From assembly GCA_963792405.1 (NCBI GenBank), contig CAWBVU010000006.1:410325-474324 (forward strand): 64,000 nucleotides of DNA, given 5' to 3'. Made by a program: the position numbers and the translations under genes. The notes under the pieces were generated by a model, which saw nothing but the letters and a program-made list of their open reading frames with translations, made no database searches and was not told the DNA's origin. Shown one piece after another: positions 23,093-32,462 of this stretch. Within the stretch, counting starts at the first letter, position 1; each line of letters opens with the position of its first letter. The DNA comes from an uncultured Acidimicrobiia bacterium. GTDB taxonomy: Bacteria > Actinomycetota > Acidimicrobiia > Spongiisociales > UBA5794.

Positions 23093-23764
23093 TCAGGGGC
23101 GGGGCCCGCGGGCACCCGCCCCTGGCGCGTCGTGGGCGGTGGGGCCAGGAGGGGGGACAGTCAGTGGCTCGAGGCTGAGGGCGGGCAGGAGCCAGCCGAC
23201 CAGCGGCCCGACGCCGAACGCGAACACCACGGTGCCGATGCCGACGGTGCCACCGAGGAACCAGCCCACGATCAGGACGGTGATCTCGATGGCCGCCCGC
23301 CCGACGCCGATCGGGATTCCGCGCCTCCCGAGGCCGGTCATCAGGCCGTCGCGAGGCCCGGGCCCCAGGCCGGCACCGATGTACAGGCCCGTGCCGACGG
23401 CGATCACGAAGGTGCCGCCCACGAGCAGCGCCCATCGCTGCCATGTCGATGAGACCCCGTCGGGAGCCACGAACAGCGTCACGTCGATGACGACGCCGAT
23501 GAGCAGGACGTTGGCGACGGTCCCGATCCCCGGTCGCTCGCGGAGTGGGAACCAGAGGAGGAGGACGACGAGACCGGTGAGGATCCCCACCGTGCCGAGC
23601 GGGATCTGCGTGTTCACCGAGATGCCCTGGTGGAACACCTCCCACGGCGACAGGCCGAGACGCGACACGACCATCATCGAGATTCCCACACCGAACAGGA
23701 CGAGGCCCGACAGCAGCCTGGGCATGCGGCGTGCCAACTGCCGTCGTGAGGGGGTCGGGAGCAT
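23093..23764 (-). CDS. YitT/YczE-family membrane protein
   Basis: Multi-TM protein with GLYIGAGLGPGPRDGLM motif typical of YczE/YitT family; start at MLPTPSRR. Confidence 0.6.
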   Translation of the reverse strand: MLPTPSRRQLARRMPRLLSGLVLFGVGISMMVVSRLGLSPWEVFHQGISVNTQIPLGTVGILTGLVVLLLWFPLRERPGIGTVANVLLIGVVIDVTLFVAPDGVSSTWQRWALLVGGTFVIAVGTGLYIGAGLGPGPRDGLMTGLGRRGIPIGVGRAAIEITVLIVGWFLGGTVGIGTVVFAFGVGPLVGWLLPALSLEPLTVPPPGPTAHDAPGAGARGPRP

Positions 23765-23820
23765 CGGGTGAAGGTAGCCTTCCTGATGCCAGGCCGCCCC
23801 GCTTCGGTACCATCCACGGC

Positions 23821-24108
23821 ATGCCCGTGGACATCGACATCGCAAAGGTCGCGAACCTGGCGAGGCTCGCCCTCACCGACGCGGAGCTCGAGGGGTATGG
23901 AACGCAGCTCGAGGTCATCCTCGAACACGCAGAGCGCGTCCAGGCACTCCCGACCGAGGGGGTGGAGCCCACGTCGCACCCCCTTCCGATGGTGAACGCC
24001 TTCCGACCCGATGTGGTCGGTGAGTGCCTCGACCCGGCCAGCTTCCTCGAGGAGGCGCCGGACGTCCAGGACGGCCAGTTCCGCGTCCCGAGGATCCTCG
24101 GCGAGTGA
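23821..24108 (+). CDS. gatC: Asp-tRNA(Asn)/Glu-tRNA(Gln) amidotransferase subunit C
   Basis: 95-aa GatC (VANLARLALTDAELE); followed by gatA and gatB with overlapping stop/start. Confidence 0.9.
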   Translation: MPVDIDIAKVANLARLALTDAELEGYGTQLEVILEHAERVQALPTEGVEPTSHPLPMVNAFRPDVVGECLDPASFLEEAPDVQDGQFRVPRILGE

Positions 24109-25589
24109 CCGACCTCGCCGACCTGACCATCGCCGAGGCGGGCGTGGGCCTCCGGAACGGTGCCTTCACGTCCCGCGATCTCCTCACCTCGGTCATCACC
24201 CGAGCGGCGGCGACCGAGGCCCACCTGCACGCCTACCTCACCCTCGACACCGAAGGTGCGCAGCGGTCCGCGGATGCAGCCGATGCGGCCTTCGGCCGCG
24301 GGGAGGACGCCGGGCCCCTCCAGGGGATCCCCCTCGCCCTCAAGGACAACATGTGCACGGAGGGCGTCGACACCACCGCGTCATCGAAGATCCTCGCGGG
24401 CTGGAAGCCCCCCTACGACGCCACCGCCGTCAGCAGGCTGCGGGCCGCAGGTGCGGTCATCACGGGGAAGACCAACCTCGACGAGTTCGCGATGGGCTCA
24501 TCGACGGAGAACTCCGCCTTCGGGGCGACCAGGAACCCGTGGGACACCGACAGGGTGCCCGGCGGGTCGTCGGGTGGATCGGCCGCGGCGGTCGCCGTCG
24601 GGTCCGCATTCGGTGCGTTCGGGAGTGACACCGGGGGCTCGATCCGCCAACCTGCGGCGCTGACCGGCACGGTGGGGGTGAAGCCCACCTATGGACTGGT
24701 GTCGCGGTACGGGCTCATCGCGTTTGCATCGTCCCTCGATCAGATCGGTCCCTTCGCCCGAACCGTCGAGGATGCCGTGACGCTGCTCGCGGGAGTCGCG
24801 GGCTGGGACCCGATGGATGCGACGAGCATCAGGGGCCAGGTGCCGGACTTCGGGGCCTCCCTCGGGTCGGGCGTGTCCGGCCTCCGCATCGGCGTGGTCA
24901 CGGAGCTGATGGGAGACGGGATCGACGCCGAGGTGCGTGCCGCCACGAAGGGGATGGTGGACAAGCTCTCGGATGCCGGCGCGAGCATCACGGAGATATC
25001 TCTGCCGTCGTCGGAGTATGCGCTGTCCGCCTACTACCTCATCGCCCCCGCGGAATGCTCCTCCAACCTCGCCAGGTTCGACGGCGTCCGGTACGGCCAC
25101 CGATCGGACATCGGTGACACGACCGAGGAGATGATGCGCCACACGCGGGCAGAGGGATTCGGCCCCGAGGTCATCCGGCGGATCCTCCTCGGCACCTATG
25201 CCCTGTCGGCGGGCTACTACGACGCGTTCTACGGCCAGGCGCAGAAGGTCCGGACGCTCGTGCGACGCGAGTTCGCCGATGCCTATGCGGACGTCGACGT
25301 CCTCGTGTCACCGACGAGCCCGACCACGGCCTTTGCGGTGGGCGAGAGGGCGGCGGACCCGATCGCCATGTACTACTCGGACGTCTGCACGATCCCCTCG
25401 AACCTCGCCGGAGACCCCTCGATGTCGGTACCCATCGCGTTGGACTCCCGGCATCTCCCGATCGGCTTCCAGATCATGGCGCCGGCCCTCGGGGAGGAAC
25501 GCATGTTCCAGGTTGCGGCCGAGGTGGAGCGCCTGGCCGGATTCTCCTCCAGGGCGCCGCTCGCCACGTCGAAGGTGGTGATGCCGTGA
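24105..25589 (+). CDS. gatA: Glu-tRNA(Gln) amidotransferase subunit A
   Basis: Amidase signature GGSSGGSAAAVA; GTGA overlap with gatC. Confidence 0.95.
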   Translation: MTDLADLTIAEAGVGLRNGAFTSRDLLTSVITRAAATEAHLHAYLTLDTEGAQRSADAADAAFGRGEDAGPLQGIPLALKDNMCTEGVDTTASSKILAGWKPPYDATAVSRLRAAGAVITGKTNLDEFAMGSSTENSAFGATRNPWDTDRVPGGSSGGSAAAVAVGSAFGAFGSDTGGSIRQPAALTGTVGVKPTYGLVSRYGLIAFASSLDQIGPFARTVEDAVTLLAGVAGWDPMDATSIRGQVPDFGASLGSGVSGLRIGVVTELMGDGIDAEVRAATKGMVDKLSDAGASITEISLPSSEYALSAYYLIAPAECSSNLARFDGVRYGHRSDIGDTTEEMMRHTRAEGFGPEVIRRILLGTYALSAGYYDAFYGQAQKVRTLVRREFADAYADVDVLVSPTSPTTAFAVGERAADPIAMYYSDVCTIPSNLAGDPSMSVPIALDSRHLPIGFQIMAPALGEERMFQVAAEVERLAGFSSRAPLATSKVVMP

Positions 25590-27043
25590 GCCGCGACGCG
25601 TGGGAGGCCGTGATCGGCATCGAGACGCACGTCGAGCTGTCGACGGCATCGAAGATGTTCTGCGCGTGCCCCGTCGACGTCGAAGGTGCCCCGAACACCG
25701 CATGCTGCCCCGTGTGTCTCGCCCTCCCCGGTGCCCTCCCCGTGCCGAACGAGAAGGCCATCGAGGGCATCGTGAAGATCGGCATGGCCCTCGACTGTGA
25801 GATCAACCGGCATTCACTCTTCTACCGGAAGAACTACTTCTACCCGGACCTCCCGAAGAACTACCAGATCTCCCAGTACACGTTCCCGGTGTGCGAGCAC
25901 GGTGCGATCGACATCGACACCGACGGCGTCGTGTCGCGCATCGGCATCACCCGCGTCCACATGGAGGAGGACACGGGGAAGAGCTCACACCTCGGCGACG
26001 GCGGTGGCCGCATCCACGACGCCGCCCACACCCTGCTCGACTTCAATCGCGCGGGCGTGCCCCTCGTCGAGATCGTGACCGAGCCGGACATCACCAGCGC
26101 CGAGCAGGCAAGGGCCTACGGGGCGGAGCTCCAGCGCATCGTCCTCGCCCTCGGCGTCTCCGACGCCAGGCTCGAGGCCGGCTCGATGCGCTTCGACGCC
26201 AACGTGTCCGTCAGGCCCAAGGGGTCGGAGGGTCTCGGAACCCGCTCCGAGACCAAGAACGTGAACTCGCTCAGGAGCCTCCAACGGGCGATCGCCTTCG
26301 AGATCGATCGCCAGATCGCCATCCTCGAGGGCGGCGGGACAGTGATCCAGGAGACGAGGCACTGGGACGAGAACACGGGCGTCACGACCGGAATGCGGTC
26401 GAAGGAGGAGTCCGAGGACTACCGGTACTTCCAGGATCCCGACCTCCTGCCGCTCGAGGTCACGGAAGCCTGGCAGGACGACATCCGCGCAGGCATCCCC
26501 GAGCTCCCCGCGGCACGAAGGGTCCGGTACCTCGCCCGCGGAGCCGATCAGGCGGCGGCCGATCTGCTGGCGGACTCGCCCGACCTCGCCTCGCTCTTCG
26601 AACAGGCCGTCGACGGTGGTGCACCCGGACGCACGATCGGCATCTGGCTGACAGGAGACGTCGTCGGGCACACGAGGCGCCTCGACATCGGGGTCGCCGA
26701 CACGAGCCTGACGGCAGAGCACCTGATCGAACTCGCGGCGATGGTCGATGCGGGCGATCTGTCGTCGTCCGCGGCCAAGGAGGTCCTCATCGCAGCGATC
26801 GAGGGCGAGGGAGCCCCCGCGCAGATCGCCGAGGTACGCGACCTCGTGCAGGTGTCCGACGTCGGAGCCATCGAGGAAGCCGTCGACGCAGTCCTCGCCG
26901 CGAACCCCGAGGCGATCGCGAAGATCGCCGGAGGGGACATGAAGCCGCTCGGGTTCCTCGTCGGCCAGGTGATGCGCCACACGGGTGGAAGGGCGGATCC
27001 GAGGATCGTGCAGGACCTCGTCAAGGCCAAGACCACCTCCTGA
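25586..27043 (+). CDS. gatB: Glu-tRNA(Gln) amidotransferase subunit B
   Basis: GatB N-terminal (GIETHVEL) and C-terminal YqeY-like domains; GTGA overlap with gatA. Confidence 0.95.
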   Translation: MSRDAWEAVIGIETHVELSTASKMFCACPVDVEGAPNTACCPVCLALPGALPVPNEKAIEGIVKIGMALDCEINRHSLFYRKNYFYPDLPKNYQISQYTFPVCEHGAIDIDTDGVVSRIGITRVHMEEDTGKSSHLGDGGGRIHDAAHTLLDFNRAGVPLVEIVTEPDITSAEQARAYGAELQRIVLALGVSDARLEAGSMRFDANVSVRPKGSEGLGTRSETKNVNSLRSLQRAIAFEIDRQIAILEGGGTVIQETRHWDENTGVTTGMRSKEESEDYRYFQDPDLLPLEVTEAWQDDIRAGIPELPAARRVRYLARGADQAAADLLADSPDLASLFEQAVDGGAPGRTIGIWLTGDVVGHTRRLDIGVADTSLTAEHLIELAAMVDAGDLSSSAAKEVLIAAIEGEGAPAQIAEVRDLVQVSDVGAIEEAVDAVLAANPEAIAKIAGGDMKPLGFLVGQVMRHTGGRADPRIVQDLVKAKTTS

Positions 27044-27062
27044 CGGCAGGGCCTCGCGATGG

Positions 27063-29795
27063 TCAGCCGGTGTTGCGCAGCCCGGATGCCAATCCGTTGA
27101 TCGTGAGCAGGAGCGCGCGTTGGAGGTCGCGGTCGTCGTTCGTGCGCGTCCGCCACCGATGCAGGAGTGACACCTGGAGATAACTGATCGGATCCAGGTA
27201 CCGGTCCCTCACCTCGAGCGTCCGTTTGAGGGAGGGATCGTGGTCGACGAGGCCGGCTCCCGTGATCCTCGTCACGGCTGCGACGGTGCGCCGGTGCTCG
27301 TCCTCGATGACACCGAAGACCCCGGCGTGCTCGCTCGACGCCAGTGCCGCATACCTCGCAGCGATCGTGAGGTCCGTCTTGGCGAGGGTCATCTCGACGT
27401 TCGAGATGAAGGTGCGGAAGAACGGCCAGCGGTCATACATGTCGTCGAGCGCATCCGGGCCGAAGGCCTCGGCGGCGGTGTCGAGCCCGGTGCCGACGCC
27501 GAACCACCCCGGCACGATCTGGCGTGACTGGGTCCACCCGAACACCCATGGGATGGCTCGCAAACCGTCGATCGAGATCTCGCCCGTGCCGGGGCGACGG
27601 GCGGGGCGTGACCCGATGTTCATGTCACCGAGCTCGTCGACGGGGGTCGATGCGAGGAAGTAGGGCATCAGGTGGGGCGAGTCGATCAGGCTCCGGTACG
27701 CGGCGTAGGCGGCATCCGACACCGCTCCCATGGTCCGATCCCACGTGTCGAGCACGTCGCGGGGCTGCCTGGGGGAGCGATGGAGGAGTGACGCCTGGAG
27801 TGTCGCGGCGACGGTCAGCTCGAGGTTGCGACGTCCGAGCACCGGCAACGCATACTTGTCGGAGATCACCTCGCCCTGCTCGGTGATCTTGATCTGGCCG
27901 TCGACGGTTCCCCAGGGCTGGGCGAGGATGGCTGCCTCCGTCGGGCCACCTCCCCTCCCCACCGTGCCTCCTCGCCCATGGAAGAGTCGCAGTGCGATCC
28001 CATGCGATGCCGCGACATCCCTCAGGTCCCTCGAGGCTCGGTAGAGCTCCCACTGGCTGGTGGCGATGCCCGCATGCTTGTTCGAGTCCGAATAGCCGAG
28101 CATCACCTCCTGGAGGTCACCCCTCAGCGCGAGGTGATCCCGATAGGCGGGCACGGCGAACAGCTCCTCGAGCAGCGCGCCGGCGTCACGCACCTCGTCG
28201 ATCGTCTCGAACAGCGGGACGAACCCCACACGGGCAACGCCCGCGGGGTTGTCGATCAGGCCGGCCTCGCGTGCGATGACCATCGCGGCGAGGACGTCTG
28301 CGGGTGTGCGGGTCTCCGAGATGATGTACGACTCGATCACCTCCATGCCGAAGATGTCCTGGGCCTCACGGATGGCGCGCATCGTGGCGAGCGTGCGCTC
28401 AGGATCGCCCTCGAGCGCCACGGCAGACGACGTGATGGGACGCCTTCCGGACAGTTCCTCGATCAGGAGATGGGCACGCTCGTCCCGATCGGACGGGTAG
28501 GTGACCCCGATGGTGTCGTACAGCGCGAAGAGTGTCGTGTGATGCATGAGCGCGTGCTCGCGGACGTCCATCGTGGCGAGGCGGAACCCGAATGCGGCGA
28601 CGAGGTGGATCAGGCGACTCACGGCACCATCGGCGATGACCCCGCCCCGGTTGTCGCGCAGCGAATCCCTGATGAGCTCGAGGTCGATGATGAGCTCGCC
28701 ATGGTCCGCATAGGCGTCTCCCATGTCCGGGCGAGCGCCCTTCTCGAAGGAGGCGAGGGTATTCAACAGTCGCTGGTGGATGAAGGCGAGCTTCTGGCGA
28801 TAGGGCTCGCCTGACGACAGGGCGGTGAACCGGGAGTGGACGGCGGGGAACCGCTCGGCCTCCCTCGAGAGCGACGAGCGGAGCGCCTCGGTGATCCCCA
28901 CGATGCGCTCCGACGTGGACAGCTCGGTGGCGAGATGCTCGACCATCGTGATCAGGTTCCGCACCGCATGGACGTGCTGGAGCCTCAGGACACCCATCGT
29001 CACGTCGGGTGTGACGTTCGGGTTGCCGTCGCGGTCGCCTCCGACCCACGTCCCGAAGGTGAGCGGGTGTTGTCTCGATCCGAGCTCGACACCGAGCCGG
29101 CGGAACTGATGGCCGAGCTCGTCGTAGACGTCCGGCACCGACGAGGTGAGAAGGCCATCGAAGTAGTGGATCACCGACCGGGCCTCGTCGATCGGGGTCG
29201 GCCGCTCGACGCGCAGTTCGTCCGTCTGCCACATGGCGTCGATGAGCTCGGCGATGCGACGTTCGGCGCGGCGTCGCTCCGCCGACGTGCGCGACGATGC
29301 ACTGCGCTCTCGCAGCAGACCTGCGATCTCGATCGTCTTGGCCTGCACGGAGCGCCTCGCCGCCTCCGTCGGATGAGCGGTGAAGACCGGCCGCACCTCG
29401 AGCCTGCTCGTGACTTCGCGGATCGTGTCCTCGTCGAGTCGGGAGGCCAGGACCAGGTCGACGGTGTGGTCCAGGTCGAACCGCAGCTCCGCCGCGTCGT
29501 AGCGATGCTCCTGCTCGGCGACGTTGGCGAGCGCGAAGTACATCGAGAACGCCCGGACGAGCTGGATCGTGCGGTCGAGGTCCATGGCGTCGAGCAGCTC
29601 GACGAGGGCCGCTGCGGCCCGATCGGATACCTCGGGCTCACCTGCCTCCCTGACGACCTTGGCGAGGCTCCGGACCTCCTCGACGACATCGAGGAGCTCC
29701 TGCCCGTGCTGGCGCACGAGTGTCTCGCCCAGCATGCCGCCGAGCAGCCGCACGTCGGCTCGAAGTGCGCTGTCGGGATCGGGATGGTCGGTCAC
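27063..29795 (-). CDS. ppc: phosphoenolpyruvate carboxylase
   Basis: 910 aa; PEPC motifs VFTAHPTE, FHGRGGTVGRGGGP, C-terminal QNTG. Confidence 0.95.
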   Translation of the reverse strand: MTDHPDPDSALRADVRLLGGMLGETLVRQHGQELLDVVEEVRSLAKVVREAGEPEVSDRAAAALVELLDAMDLDRTIQLVRAFSMYFALANVAEQEHRYDAAELRFDLDHTVDLVLASRLDEDTIREVTSRLEVRPVFTAHPTEAARRSVQAKTIEIAGLLRERSASSRTSAERRRAERRIAELIDAMWQTDELRVERPTPIDEARSVIHYFDGLLTSSVPDVYDELGHQFRRLGVELGSRQHPLTFGTWVGGDRDGNPNVTPDVTMGVLRLQHVHAVRNLITMVEHLATELSTSERIVGITEALRSSLSREAERFPAVHSRFTALSSGEPYRQKLAFIHQRLLNTLASFEKGARPDMGDAYADHGELIIDLELIRDSLRDNRGGVIADGAVSRLIHLVAAFGFRLATMDVREHALMHHTTLFALYDTIGVTYPSDRDERAHLLIEELSGRRPITSSAVALEGDPERTLATMRAIREAQDIFGMEVIESYIISETRTPADVLAAMVIAREAGLIDNPAGVARVGFVPLFETIDEVRDAGALLEELFAVPAYRDHLALRGDLQEVMLGYSDSNKHAGIATSQWELYRASRDLRDVAASHGIALRLFHGRGGTVGRGGGPTEAAILAQPWGTVDGQIKITEQGEVISDKYALPVLGRRNLELTVAATLQASLLHRSPRQPRDVLDTWDRTMGAVSDAAYAAYRSLIDSPHLMPYFLASTPVDELGDMNIGSRPARRPGTGEISIDGLRAIPWVFGWTQSRQIVPGWFGVGTGLDTAAEAFGPDALDDMYDRWPFFRTFISNVEMTLAKTDLTIAARYAALASSEHAGVFGVIEDEHRRTVAAVTRITGAGLVDHDPSLKRTLEVRDRYLDPISYLQVSLLHRWRTRTNDDRDLQRALLLTINGLASGLRNTG

Positions 29796-29871
29796 GGCGC
29801 CGAGGCTACCGGCTCGGTGCGCGCGCGACGCCAGCGACCCGTTGTCCGCGCCGGATCCCTAGGTTGACGTC

Positions 29872-30573
29872 ATGTCGTTCATCGTCGATGCGCTCTCCGA
29901 CGGCATCCGCTACCTCGCCGAGTTCGGTCCGGACCTCCGTGCGATCGTCGCGTTGACGATCGTCGTGTCCCTCACGGCCACCGTGATCGGGGCGGGTACC
30001 GGCATTCCCGCAGGTATCGCCCTCGCACAGGCACGCTTTCCCGGCCGTGGCCTGGTGATGACGCTGGTGAACGTCGGCATGGGCATCCCACCCGTTCTCG
30101 CCGGTCTGTTCGTGCTCCTGCTGTTGTGGGGGGAGGGTCCGTTCGGATCGTTCGAGCTGATGTTCACGCCGTCGGCGATGATCATCGTCCAGACGCTGCT
30201 CGCCTTCCCCATCGCCGTGGGCGTCACGGTGGCCGCGGTGTCGAACCTCGCGCCCGCCGCGCACGAGCAGCTCCGCGCCCTGCGCGTCGGGCCCGTTCGG
30301 CGGGGGCGGCTGCTCGCAGGTGAGGCCCGCGCCGGTGTGATCGCTGCCGTGGCGGCGTCGTTCGGGCGCGTCGTGTCGGAAGTGGGGGCGGTCCTCATCG
30401 TGGGGGGCAACATCGCCGGGGAGACCAGGGTCCTGACGACGGCGATCGTGCAGGAGAGTCGGCAAGCGAGGTTCGGCGCCGCGATCGCCCTCGGCATCGT
30501 CCTCCTCATGATCTCGTTCGCGGTCAACGGCACCCTCACGTGGCTGCAGGGATGGGGGAGGAGTGATGGCTGA
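29872..30573 (+). CDS. ABC transporter permease, tungstate/molybdate (TupB/ModB-like) type
   Basis: About 230 aa, 5-6 TM helices, binding-protein-dependent permease (EAA-like) loop; first gene of a three-gene operon. Confidence 0.7.
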   Translation: MSFIVDALSDGIRYLAEFGPDLRAIVALTIVVSLTATVIGAGTGIPAGIALAQARFPGRGLVMTLVNVGMGIPPVLAGLFVLLLLWGEGPFGSFELMFTPSAMIIVQTLLAFPIAVGVTVAAVSNLAPAAHEQLRALRVGPVRRGRLLAGEARAGVIAAVAASFGRVVSEVGAVLIVGGNIAGETRVLTTAIVQESRQARFGAAIALGIVLLMISFAVNGTLTWLQGWGRSDG

Positions 30574-31558
30574 AGGGTTCACGTTCGGTGATCTGTGGTA
30601 CCCGTCCGATGGATCCGCCCTGCGCGGCGTCACACTCCAGCTCGGACCCGCCGAGAGAGCGACGGTCTTCGGCCCGAATGGCTCCGGGAAGACGACGCTC
30701 CTCCGATCGATTGCGGGAACCCTGCCGGGCGGCCGCCGCCGAGACGACGTCGCCTACCTCCCGCAGACGCCGTACCTGTTCCGCGGCACGGCGAGGTCGA
30801 ACCTCCGCCTCGGGAGGGATGCCGACCCGCCGCACGGCCTCGCAGAAGCTCTCGGTGTCGACGACATCCTCGATCAGCAGGTCACGACGCTCTCGGGCGG
30901 TCAACGCCAACGGGTCGCCCTCGCCAGGACACTGGCGGGTCGCGAACCACTCGTGCTCCTCGACGAGCCCCTCGCACCGATCGACGTCGTCGACAGGAAC
31001 GCCGTGATCGACGCCATCCGGGCCGCCACGGAGGGCAGGGCACTGCTGTGCGTGACCCACGCCATCGACGACGCAGCCGCGATGGCCGAGACGATCGCCG
31101 TCATGGACGAGGGTCTCGTGGTCCAGCGCGGCCCGATCGAGGAGGTCCTCGCCATGCCCGCAACCGACCGTATCGCGAGGATCGTCGGGGTCTCCAACGT
31201 GGTCCACGGCAGGGTCGTGTCACGCGAAGGCGCCCTCGCCACCGTCGCAGCCGATGGAGCGACGCTCCTCGTCGTCACCGATGCCGAGCCGGGAAGGGAG
31301 CTCGTCCTGCGCATCGACGCCGCGACGATCGCCGTCCAGGCGGAGGCGGGATCACCATCGTCTGCGCGCAACGTGATCAACGGGACGGTACGTTCGGTCG
31401 TGCCGAGGGGTGCCCTCGTCGAGATCGCCATGGCAGGCCAGCTCGGGCTGGTCGCCCTCGTGACCCCCGGAGCGCTCGACGTGCTCGGCCTCACCAGCGG
31501 CTCACCTGTGTGGTTCGTGGTCAAGACCGCTGCCATCGATGTCATCGGGGTGCGATGA
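30566..31558 (+). CDS. ABC transporter ATP-binding protein with C-terminal TOBE (Mop) domain
   Basis: Walker A GPNGSGKTT, LSGGQRQR, LLDEP; C-terminal about 100 aa TOBE-like domain as in ModC/TupC. Confidence 0.8.
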   Translation: MAEGFTFGDLWYPSDGSALRGVTLQLGPAERATVFGPNGSGKTTLLRSIAGTLPGGRRRDDVAYLPQTPYLFRGTARSNLRLGRDADPPHGLAEALGVDDILDQQVTTLSGGQRQRVALARTLAGREPLVLLDEPLAPIDVVDRNAVIDAIRAATEGRALLCVTHAIDDAAAMAETIAVMDEGLVVQRGPIEEVLAMPATDRIARIVGVSNVVHGRVVSREGALATVAADGATLLVVTDAEPGRELVLRIDAATIAVQAEAGSPSSARNVINGTVRSVVPRGALVEIAMAGQLGLVALVTPGALDVLGLTSGSPVWFVVKTAAIDVIGVR

Positions 31559-32370
31559 CGGGGTGGGCCCTCATCGGGGTGCGTCGTGCGCTGGGCATCG
31601 CCCTGCTCGTCATCGTCGCGCTCGCGTCCGCATGCTCGAGTCGATCCGACACGAGGGTGGTGGTGGCGGCGGGAACGACCCTCGTCGACTCCGGGTTCCT
31701 CCGGGAGGTCATCGACGCCTACACGTCGAGCCATGGAGGCGTGACCTTCTCGCTCGTCGGTGTCGGATCCGCGGAGGCGGTCGCCTATGCCGATGCGGGG
31801 AACGCCCAGATCATCGTGACCCACGAGCCCTCGGTGCTGGCGTCGTTCCTCGCACGGGCTCCGCACGCCGTCGCAACGAGGCCCTTCAGCAGCACCTTCG
31901 TCGTCCTCGCCCCACCCGGGGTCGACGTCGACACGGCCGACGCAGCCGCAGCCTTCCGATCGGTCGCGAGCGGCGGCATCCCCTTCGTGAGCAGGGATGA
32001 CGCGTCAGGGACCCACACGAGGGAGCTCCAGATCTGGCAGTCCACAGGGATCGATCCCACGGGTCGCCCGTGGTACATCAGGTCGGGGGCGGGGATGGCG
32101 GCGTCACTGCTCGTGGCCGACCAGCGCCGCGCGGTGACCCTCTCGGAGATCGGCGCCTACCTCGCAGCCAGGGAGGCATTGGACCTCACCGTGGTACCCA
32201 TTCGCGACGAATCCGACCTCGCCAACCCATATGACCTCACCGTCGTGGTCCCGGCCGAGATGCCGGAGGCGACCGCGTTCCAGGCATGGCTCGCCTCTGC
32301 GGAGGGCATCAGGGAGATCGAGGCGGCGAACGAGCGATTGTTCGGACAGCAGGTGTACACGGTGCCGTAA
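31555..32370 (+). CDS. periplasmic substrate-binding lipoprotein, TupA-like (tungstate-type)
   Basis: Lipoprotein signal (ALASACSS); GTTLVDSGFL motif resembling the TupA TTTS..SGLLD anion-binding motif; ATGA overlap with ATPase. Confidence 0.6.
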   Translation: MTGWALIGVRRALGIALLVIVALASACSSRSDTRVVVAAGTTLVDSGFLREVIDAYTSSHGGVTFSLVGVGSAEAVAYADAGNAQIIVTHEPSVLASFLARAPHAVATRPFSSTFVVLAPPGVDVDTADAAAAFRSVASGGIPFVSRDDASGTHTRELQIWQSTGIDPTGRPWYIRSGAGMAASLLVADQRRAVTLSEIGAYLAAREALDLTVVPIRDESDLANPYDLTVVVPAEMPEATAFQAWLASAEGIREIEAANERLFGQQVYTVP

Positions 32371-32462
32371 CCTCTGCCTGAGGGCGCCCGGAGGTGCCAT
32401 CACACCTCGGTGGGCCATGAGGTACCCATCGCCCGCCCGACCATGACACCCCTGGAGATCCC

